Shown here: positions 36,881 to 47,305 of the stretch, one piece after another
Layout of the letters: every line of letters starts with the position of its first letter
Position numbering within the stretch: the stretch's first letter is position 1
Assembly: GCA_047967505.1 (NCBI GenBank)
Contig: CM106538.1
Origin: Dipteris shenzhenensis
Taxonomy: Eukaryota
Reading direction: 5' to 3' (one strand)
DNA: 64,000 bases
Made by a program: the position numbers and the translations under genes
Notes under the pieces: generated by a model
Database searches by the model: none
Told to the model about the DNA's origin: nothing
The model's input: only the letters and a program-made list of their open reading frames with translations

Positions 36881-39557
36881 CCTATCATGTATTGTTGAGT
36901 ACACACACACACATTACAATAGATTGAGTATTTTCTACCATATGTCTCTCATGGAGTTTCTTCTATGGTTTGATCCCCCTTGATCTTTTGCTAATTCCAC
37001 ATTGCACTAGGAGAGCATGATCCGGACTTTAACATGGTATCAAAGCATAGGTCTAGCTCTCTTAGATTAGTTTTAGGCATAGTAGGTATTCTTGTTTTGA
37101 TTCATTTTGGTTGAAAAATTTTCGTCCATAGGTTTTCCCTCATTTTGATTCTTCTCTTGAGAAATTCATGAGAAAGGTTCTTTGGGGAGTTTTGAGTGCT
37201 GGAACATTCTATTATGTAAGGTCAACAAACATGGCCTAGAAACCTGGCTATGGAAGAAAATAAAACAGAGCCAAGCCTTGTTGTTGTGGCAAGCAACCGT
37301 GACTAGAGGACCTATGACTACAACAAATCACCGGTCTCCACAATGAGATGTCCTTCACAGTGTGGATGCCTACCTCTACTTCTTTTGTGAAGCAACCCTT
37401 GCTCTTAGCCTCATCCTTCCCTTCCTGGCTTTGCATCTATTGCTGCTCGGCTTCAGAGCGTAACGATAAGGCTCAACCTGCCATAGCACAGTCTCTACCT
37501 TCTTTTCCACTCTTTAGCTATTTTGGATCCTTATATTGTCATTCCTTCCAGAATCCATGGAGCAGAGAAGGCATTCCACCAAGATTCATCCACAGTTTTG
37601 GCTTTCAAATAGTACCATCTGAGGTGGATCATGGGCTCAAATCTCTTGAGAATTTGTCGCTCGTTTCTAAGGTCTGTGAGGAGCTTGAGTCCAATATTGG
37701 TTTCTTTGACAAAATGTTCATCGAATTCACCGGCGTTCTCGGCCAGCAGAGCGATAAGCACGAGACCTTTGCCTAGAAGCTCAAAGAAAACGAAGCCATC
37801 CTCCCTCACACACAAATTTGGCTTAGGTGCAGACTTGAATCCATCTCAAACGATCCCACAACAGTGCACACGACCTTGCAGCATAGCCCAAAGCTCCCTC
37901 GACTCGGCTAGACTCATCGAGCAATGACCAACATGAATGGGTCTCCAAGCACCTTCAACTCTGGCCTCTGCACCTTCAACTTTGATCCACAGGTAATTGC
38001 GATGGACTCCACTAAGAGCTAGCGAGATGCTCCATTTGCAAGACAAGATCTACCTCCCACAGTAGCAGCTCCTATAAGCCAGCCCATGCTCCCATCGAAT
38101 AAATAGTGACCAAGCCTAGCCTCCACAAAGTAGATACTTCCAATCAATCAAGAGCCATAGAGCCATGCTTGAGTGCCTCCATCGATAGGCTAGCTCCCCT
38201 AGTGACCGTTTTGAGCGCACACAGCACATCCTAGGAAGATCGAGGAGCAAAGTAATGGAACGTCTGGAATGCTTCTACTCTGTTGATGCTGCAAAGGCCG
38301 AAGGAATGTAGCAAAAGTGATGACTTCTCCTCTGTTTGTTTTTTTTTGCATAGCCACGCAAAGGTCTTTTGGACCTTAGCAAAATGACACATGGCACATG
38401 GATAACTAGCATAAGTTAGAAGTACCTAGGTTTAGTCACTAGACTTATTGAGGTTAATTTTAACCTTACCTTTGTCAATGGTTAGGGAACTCACAATAAC
38501 CATGTTTAGGGGTAGGATTAGTTAATTGCCACCTAAGCATAGAGCCCCTTCTTAAGCACAATGTGAATGCAGCATGTGAACAGCCTCTACCACATCATCA
38601 ATGCCCCCTCTTCTTCACAAAACCTTCGACAAGCCGTAACTTACAATCCAAAAATAATTTGCATGCGCTCCAAAAAGGAAAAGTGATCTCTTTTCAAGCT
38701 CTACATGCCCATCAGGTCAAATTCATTGTTAGCAATTAGACACTGCCATTGAAGCAAAACGAAGCTCATGGTAAGACCTTTGCAACAAATGGAAAAGCGA
38801 CGCATGAATGCAAAAATCATGCCAAAAGCACAAGTGCATGAGATGACCATAGCAAAAAGCATGGCATCGACACAAAAAGCATTAAGGCACATGTAAGAAC
38901 AAAGAATCATGCATGAAGCTATACAAGGAAGAAGTTTGTTGAACCAGCAAGTCAACTACACAACATCGTCATCAAGCCATGAGCAGAATGACAGGAACAT
39001 GTATTGAGAACCAAAAACCTTGCCAACCTTGCCTATATTTTATAATCAAGCCTAACCACCTAAGAGTAGCTATGAAAGCACCCAGGGGAGGTATTGACAT
39101 GTAAAAGCCACACTTGACCACCTTAAGTAGCAATGCAAGCACTAAGGGGAGGTGATGGAATGTAACTCACATCTGACCACCTTGCAATAGCCAAAGGATC
39201 ATGGCACCAAGGGGAGGTGTTGAGATATGGTTCCATGAGCACATAGATTAAAGGCTAAGGTATGGTATAGAAAACAATTAAAGTAGCCACCCTAGGATGT
39301 GGACTACATGATGTGGAGATGTGCATTGAGGATATCTACAAGGAGAGATGTGGATCAGAGGATCCCACAAATGTTGACTATTCAAAGAGCACTCTCTATA
39401 TAAGAGGCCTATCATGTATTGTTGAGTACACACACACACATTGCAATAGATTGAGTATTTTCTTATGTCTCTCATGAAGTTTCTTTTATGGTTTGATCTG
39501 CCTTGATCTTTTGCTAATTCCATGTTGCACTAGGAGAGCACGATCCGGACTTTAACA
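36881..39557 (+). mobile_element. Non-autonomous LTR element D
   Basis: 5' LTR remainder 36881-37034, PBS TGGTATCAAAGCA at 37035, PPT AAGGGGAGG, 3' LTR 39218-39557, TSD ACTCC. No pol. Confidence 0.85.
37621..37806 (+). pseudogene. Captured N-terminal fragment of a PRP22/DHX8-like DEAH-box splicing helicase
   Basis: GLKSLENLSLVSKVCEELESNIGFFDKMFIEF...FA*KLKENEA resembles the LEYLSLVSKVCxELExHLG..DK.LAEF N-terminus, recognised from memory. Confidence 0.75.
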
Positions 39558-39993
39558 ACTCCTACATGTGAGTTCTACATGCAACTCCTACATGCAACTT
39601 CTACATGCAACTTCTATATGCAAGTTCTACATGTAGAGAGAGAATGTCTTACATTTCCCACATGCAGCGAGAGAAGCTCTCCAACTTGTATAAATACCCC
39701 ATAATGGAATGAATCCCACACTCTTTGGGGCATTGTGCTGAGTTCTACTTTGGTATTCCAAGCAATTGTTGAGAGTGCTCTCAAGGGAAGCAAGAATGAA
39801 AGAAGGAGAGAGAGAGACAGAGAGCCACACAAGTTTTGGTGGGTGCAGAACCACCCTAATCTTCTTTTTCATTCATTTATATATGTGTTTGAGTATTGTA
39901 CATAACCGAGGTAAAGCCACAGTGACCTTTAACCCCCACAACCTCCCACTTAAAGGACAATGTGCCTTTAAGGGAGAACAACCAGTGAGCATA

Positions 39994-42900
39994 CTATCCA
40001 ATGCCCATCAATACACGACAATACTCAAACAGCTAACTAGGTAGACTCTTCGTCAGCATATCTGCAGGGTTATCATTTGTATGAACCTTGATAAGCACTA
40101 TGCACTTGTCCTCAAGTACCTCCCTGATGAAATGGTACCTGACCTCAATGTGTTTGGTCTTTGCATGAAAGACCGGATTCCGTGCTAGCTGAATAGCACT
40201 CATGGAATCACTATGCAATGTCGGTACACCTGTATGAATCCCCAAATCTCCCAATAGCCGATCAAGCCATATAGCCTCCTTGCAACCCTCTGTGGCTGCA
40301 ACATACTCAGCCTCTGTGGTAGACAAAGCAGCGCACTTCTGTGTGCGAGACATCCACAACACTGCACCAGCTGCAAAGGTGAACACATAACCAGAAGTGG
40401 ATCTCCTACTATCCACATGCCCTGCATAGTCTGAATCTATGTACCCAAGTACACGCATGTCTCCTCTACCAAAGTAGATGCACATCTCCTTGGAACCCTT
40501 CATGTATTTCATGATGCACTTAACTGCCTCCCAAAGCCTCTTTCCTGGATTAGCCATATATCGGCAAACAACTCCCACTGCAAATGCAATGTCTGGTCTA
40601 GTAGCTATCATAGCATACATAAGAATCCCAACTGCTGATGCATAAGGAACCTTGGCCATCATGGCCCTTTCCTCATCTGATTTGGAACTATCTGTGAGAC
40701 TCAGTTTCACATATGGAGGCAATGGAGTACTCACTACCTTCCCCCCCTCCATATTGAAATGCTGCAATACTTTTGTAACATACTCTTTTTGTGAAAGCCA
40801 AAGGAGTTTCCTACTCCGATCACGTGTGATGCGCATAGCAAGAATATGACCTGCAAATCCCAAATCCTTCATATCAAAGGCCTCATGCAACTTGGCCTTT
40901 AATGCATCTAGCTCATAAGTATTCTTGCTAGCCAATAGCATATCATCCACATATAGTGCCAGGATTATCAGGCTATCATCCTTAGCCCTTTTAGTGTAGA
41001 TGCAGTGATCAATTTCATTCCTTCTAAAACCCTGGGACCGAATGAAAGCATCAAACTTCTGATACGATTCTCTAGGCGCTTGCTTAAGACCATAGAGACT
41101 CTTCTTCAGCTTGCAAACTAAATGCTCTTTGCCCTTTTCTTCAAAGCCTTCCGGCTGCACCATGTAAATTTCCTCATGCAAATCCCCATGCAAGAAAGCT
41201 GTCTTGACATCCATCTACATAAGCTCCATATCCTCTAATGCCACTAGTCCAAGCATGCATCTAAGTGTGGTCATCTTCACAACCGGAGAGAATATCTCAT
41301 CAAAGTCCACACCCTTCTCTTGCTTGAACCCTTTAGCGACCAAACGGGCCTTGTACCTAGGCACATCATCACCTGTGACCTTCATTTTGTAGATCCATTT
41401 ACATGGCAATGCTTTCTTTCCATGTGGCAAAGAAACTAAGTCCCAAGTCTTATTCTTCATAAGTGAACTCATCTCTGATTGCATAGCATACTTCCACTTG
41501 CATTGATCCTCACGCATCATAGCCTCTCTATAGCAAGAAGGCTTCCCGCAATCAGTAAGCATCACATAGTCTACCCCGGGAACAAACCTATCAGGCGGTC
41601 TAGACACTCTAGATGATCTTCTCAAGGGCATTTCAGCTTGCTATCCCACTTGCATATCAGCCACATTTGGCTCATCATTTCCACCAATAGATGATCCATC
41701 ATCTACCCTGGATTGTATACCTGTAGGATTACTTGGTGGTACTATTTCTTGCACATTTGGTGCATGGACAGCGTGCTGTCTATCAACATATGCAGGTGGA
41801 TTCACATCCTGGAAAGTGATTCTCCTCATTTCCACATCCCTCATGGGTGCCTTATGCATCTTCTTCTCATTGAAGACCACATCATGGCTGTGTATGATCT
41901 TCTTTACTTCTGGATCCCAGAGACGATAGCCCATCTCTCCACTTTCACCATAACCCAGAAAGATGCATTTCCTAGACTTAGGATCTAGCTTCTTTCGAAG
42001 CTCTTTTGGCACATGTGCATATGCCTCACACCCAAATATACGTAAATGAGAGTAAGAGGGCTTCTTGCCACTCCATGCCTCTTCAGGAATACCACCATCC
42101 AAACTCTTACTAGGTGATCTATTGATCACATGCACTGTAGTCTTCATTGCCTCAGCCCAAAAACCACCAGAAAGACTTGCATTGGAAAGCATGCATTGCA
42201 ACCTTTCTTGAATGGTACGGTTCATCTTTTCTGCAACTGGATTTTGCTTGGAGTACGAGGGGATGTGAGCTCCCTCTTAATCCCACGTGTATCATAGAAA
42301 TGCTGAAAGTCATGAGAGAGATACTCTCCACCATTGTCAGTTCGTAGGCATTTAAGCATTCTACCTGACTGATTCTCAACCAAGGCCAGCCATTTCTGAA
42401 ATACCTGGAAGACATCACTCTTCCGAGCTATAACATAAGCCCACACTTTCCTAGTTGCATCATCAATGAATGTCACATAGTATTCAGCCCCGCCTAATGA
42501 CCGTGTAGGCATGGGACCGCATACATCTGAATGCACCAAATCAAGCTTTTCAAACTCTTTCTTTCCCCTTCTTTTATGGGCTGATTTAGTCTGCTTCCCA
42601 TAGAGACAGTGCTCACAAAATTCAAAATCAGAGAAACTCAAATGCGGTACATAACCCAAATGGCATAAGAGTTTCATTCCATTCTGGCTCATGTGCCCCA
42701 ACCTGCAATGCCACAAAGAAGTGCTTGGCTGCTCGGTTATTGCAACAACATGATCAAATACCCCTGATACATGTAAGGGATACAAAGTCCCACCCTTGGT
42801 ACCCCTGGCCAAAAGCATAGAGCCCTTCTGAATTTTCCAACTTTGAAAGCCAAAAGTGGTGTGAAAACTAGCATCATCTAGCTGACCCACTGAAATAAGA

Positions 42901-44011
42901 CTCTTGGTCAACTTAGGCACATGTCTCACATGTTTCAAAACAAATGCAGACCCATTTGCAAAAGAAAACTTTATGTCACCTGCTCCCACTATGTCACATG
43001 CATAGTCATTTCCAAGATGCACACAACCGGTCTTTCCACTATCATAAGTGGAGAACCATTCCCTATGGGAAGGAACATGGAATGAAGCACCAGAATCCAA
43101 AATCCAATCCTGGGAATATGCATCATTTGAAGTGGTAAGCAACTCTGCAAATGAAGTAGACATGAAGAGAACATCATTGTCACTATCATGTGTGACTGCA
43201 TTGATCTCCTCGATCTTCACTTTTCCTTTGTCCTCCCTTGGACTCTCTTCCTTTTGATTTGCACCCTAATTTGCATTCTTTTTCTTATCCTTTTGCTCTC
43301 TCTTCAGCTTGTAGCAATCATTTTTCATATGGCCCTTCTTGCCACAGTGGTAACACTCAATGTTTCGTGCCCTAGATTTGCTAGGAGACTTCCCTCTTTC
43401 TTGGGACTTCCCCCTGAACTGTGATCTACCCCTTTGCACATTTAAGGCTGCATCCTGCTTGTTGCCATCCATAGACTTCCGTCTAATCTCCTCGGCCAAC
43501 AAGCTACCCACAACATCATCAAATTTCAGTACTCCACCAGGTGCAGAGTTACTGACAGATGTACGGAAGGTATCCCATGAGGATGGCAATGAACATAAGA
43601 GAAATATTGCCTTAGTCTCCGGATCAAAATTCATTTTCTGAGCCTGAAGCTGCTGGCTGAAAATAATATTGAATTCATTCAAGTGAGAAGCAATGGGGAC
43701 CCCTTCCTTCATCTGCAGCTCAAACAACCTCTTCATGAGGTAAACTTTATTAGAGGCAGTTTCCTTCTCATAAGTGGCACACAGTTTCTTCGACAAATCT
43801 TCCGTAGTCTGCTCATTTACTACTGTGAAATAAACTGACTCTGCAAGATGAAAGACATATTTGTAGGTTTAGCTTCAATCCCTGCCAAGGGTTTAATCTG
43901 CTTCTTTTGAATAAGCACATCCCTTATTTGTTCTTTCCACAAAGAAAAGTTTGTCCCATCAAACTTTTTAATGTTGAAAAACTCCTTTTCAGACATGGAA
44001 GAGGATGCCAT
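39994..44011 (-). pseudogene. gag-pol: Copia-2 gag-pol, disrupted
   Basis: KFDGTNFSLW, CYHCGKKGHMKNDC, WILDSGASFH, TDNGGEY, LYVDD, TKHIEVRYHF; several TAG stops and frameshifts. Confidence 0.93.
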
Positions 44012-44288
44012 GATGAAATAAAACAAAATCCCAAATGCTAGTGCCTCAAGAGAGAATCACACCAAATACCAGGTCAACCCAAATGTGTATGCCACAATAG
44101 AGTGAAATATCACCAAAATTCAAAGGTCAAAGCATCAAAAGATGCATCTGACTCATGTGCATATACTATGCATCCATATGAGCAAATCTGGCCCAAAAGA
44201 AAATGCCAATAAGTGCCAAATGACTCAAGCATAAACACTATCCACTAGCATATGCATCAAGAATATCTCATCCAAGAGAGCATAGCAC

Positions 44289-46373
44289 TATCCTTGACAT
44301 AGCCTGAGGCATTTCCTTGAGGGGGGGTTTGTTGGGATATCTCAAGGTGTATGCCTCAGGCACACCTTATGTTTCTATGTGTGAGTGCTAGAGCACAGTT
44401 AGGTGCCCACAAGCACAGTTAGGTGGTGGAAGAGCCACATAGGATGATTGAGAGAATCTAGGAGCAGATTGAGGAGATGATTGTGGAGCTCTGAAGTCAT
44501 CAGTGATGTCAGTGAGCATGTATGAGGTGCCTACTTAAGGACCTCACTCTTCTTCATTCTACAAGCAAGTAAAGCAAGTATTCTGAGTTTGTGTCCACTC
44601 TACTCTTTCCTTTCAGTATTCCAACATGGTATCAGAGCCATTTGATCCTCCTTGAGCCCATTTCTACCACATCATCATATTCTTCCTCTTCTTCTTCTTC
44701 ACCATCTCTCCCTCTTCTTCCAAAAATTTGCTTGAGCTTGTTGTTCTCCTCTAGTTCTCACCCATTTCCCATGCCCTTCCAGCTGGAGATCCATCTTGTT
44801 GGGGCAAATTTCGGGCTGCAAGGAATTGAAGTATTTCAACCTCTGTTGGTCGCCATTGTACGATTTTTGTCGATTCTTCTTGCTGCATTTTCTTTGCGCC
44901 TGCTCCTTTTTTCTCTAATTCCTTTCACTGCAATCTTCTCCATACCTTGGACTACCTTGTGCTGAAATTTGAGCAGCAATGGCTGCATATTGAAGGAGAA
45001 AATAGAGAAAAACCAGTCGACTTTGTTGAAGAAGGAGAAGGCGACCTGACGCGTTTTTTCACCTCTTCTTCCCAGAGGATCTACTGTGGTATACTAGCTT
45101 TCTTTTGCCTCCGAAGGCCCCCTTTCTTTTGCTTTGAAGAGTGTGCTATAAGCCCTCCAAGTTCAGCTCTCTAGTTTTGACAGTTTTGACAAGCTTTTGA
45201 AAATGATGCTACATAAAATGCTACTCTAGCATTTCTGGTCTTTTGAAGTTTTCAATAACTTCAGTACAAGTGTTGCTTCAGTTTTGTTTTGACTTGCTAG
45301 ACCTAGTTTTGATTGGAAAGTGTTTATTTCACCCACTTCTATGAAGCATGTAAGAAGAAGCATCATTGTTTGAAATCTGGTCACTACTATTTGCTACATT
45401 AAATGCTTATATTTTGAAGCATTTTAGTTGTTATTCTAAGCACTGTAAGAGAGAAGACACTGCCCAATACCTGGGTTAGACCCTCTCATGGCTTGCTTAT
45501 GCAAAATATGTGAAAAGCCAAAACATAAAGCAATGTCTTGTTATGCTACAAAGGATGAAAATGCCAATCTGACTTCCTTGTTGAAGATTGCCAAAACAAT
45601 GGTTGCCAAAAAGGAAGCAACTTCAAAGACAAAAAATGCAAATCTACTTTCAATTGATGAGCCTCCACAAGATGAGGCATCCTTTGAAGATTATGCATTT
45701 TGAAACATCTCTATGTATGCTCCAGATCTCTCTTTTTATGTCAAGGTACTCAGCCTAGATAGTCCTCCAAAATGAATGAAATAAACTATTGTGTTTTGTG
45801 TGTTTTGTAAACACCTCTGGTCACCTTATGATGTAGGCCATGTGTATGTTTTGCTCCATGGTACCTCCTGCAGACATTGTGTGCATGTACATGTAGGGGA
45901 GATAACCATTGGAAGGTCTTTTTGTATCCCTTTTATTTACCTTACACCCAAGGAAACGCTTGCTAGCATGAGAACCTAGCCATAGATTTATCCTTGACCA
46001 CCATGAGATGGCATGAGAAACTATGAGACTAGATGTATCCTTGACATAGCCTGAGGCATTTCCTTGAGGGGGGGTTTGTTGGGATATCTCAAGGTGTATG
46101 CCTCAGGCACACCTTATGTTTCTATGTGTGAGTGCTAGAGCACAGTTAGGTGCCCACAAGCACAGTTAGGTGGTGGAAGAGCCACATAGGATGATTGAGA
46201 GAATCTAGGAGCAGATTGAGGAGATGATTGTGGAGCTCTGAAGAAATCAGTGATGTCAGTGAGCATGTATGAGGTGCCTACTTAAGGACCTCACTCTTCT
46301 TCATTCTACAAGCAAGTAAAGCAAGTATTTTGAGTTTGTGTCCACTCTACTCTTTCCTTTCAGTATTCCAACA
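44289..46373 (+). mobile_element. TRIM-like non-autonomous LTR element nested in the copia-2 leader
   Basis: 297-bp LTRs at 44330-44626 and 46077-46373 (3 differences), Met PBS 44627-44640, G-rich PPT, gag knuckle remnant CKICEKPKHKAMSC at ~45500. Confidence 0.9.
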
Positions 46374-47305
46374 AAAGCTTCCCACAAAGCTTCTCCTTCC
46401 TCTCACAGAGTTACTGAGCTTCCAAGCATTCACGCACGCTCAGCTAGATCACCCGGGCTCTGATACAAGTTGAGAGTGCTCTCAACGGAAGCAAGAACGG
46501 AAGAAGGAGAGAGAGAGACAGAGAGCCACACAAGTTTTGGTGGGTGCAGAACCACCCTAATCTTCTTTTTCATTCATTTATATATGTGTTTGAGTATTGT
46601 ACATAACCGAGGTAAAGGCACAATGACCGTTAACCCCCACAATTGTCTCAAGTCTCCATGCTTCCTTGCACTCCATATCCAAAAGCATGTCCTAACCTTG
46701 CAACTCCTTCTCCCCTCTCCTCCAACCTTGCAACCCATACTGTCCCTCTCCTCCTCCCTCCTCCTTCTCCCTTCTCCTCCTCCCTCTTCCTCCTCCTCCT
46801 CCCTCCTCCTCCTCCTCCTCTCTCCTCCTCCCCTCTCCTCCTCCCTCTTCCTCCTCCTCCTCCCTCCTCCTCCTCCTCCTCCCTCCTCCTCCTCCTCCTC
46901 TCTCCTCCTCCCATCTCCTCCTCCCTCTTCCTCCTCCTCCTCCCTCTTCCTCTTCCTCCTTGACAAAATATGAAGAGGGGAGAGGAGAAGAGTGGAGATG
47001 AGGAGAGAGGGCACAGCTAGAGAGCACACCACAAATGACTAACTGTACACTAGATTTAGTTGAAAAAATAGAATATATACAAACCCTTTTAGGGTTAGGG
47101 TTAGGGGATCTAACCCTTTCCTTTATAGCACTCTATAAGGTTAGTGCTATGCACATATGATCACGTGATGGTGCTATGCACACATGATCACATGATGTTG
47201 AGCGTGAACTCTCAACACCTTCCCTCAAGATCAACATCATGAAGTAGGCCTTCCCTCAAGATGATAATTCTGGGGAATCGAAGAAGGACTGAGCATTACA
47301 TTCCA

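Larger units (their letters stand above)
39770..46641 (-). mobile_element. Ty1/copia element (copia-2) inserted in the gypsy B LTR
   Basis: 171-bp LTRs at 39770-39940 and 46471-46641 (~6 differences), TSD ATTGT, degenerate Met PBS ~46456-46468. The empty site CAAGCAATTGTCTCA is seen at ~1308. Confidence 0.95.
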
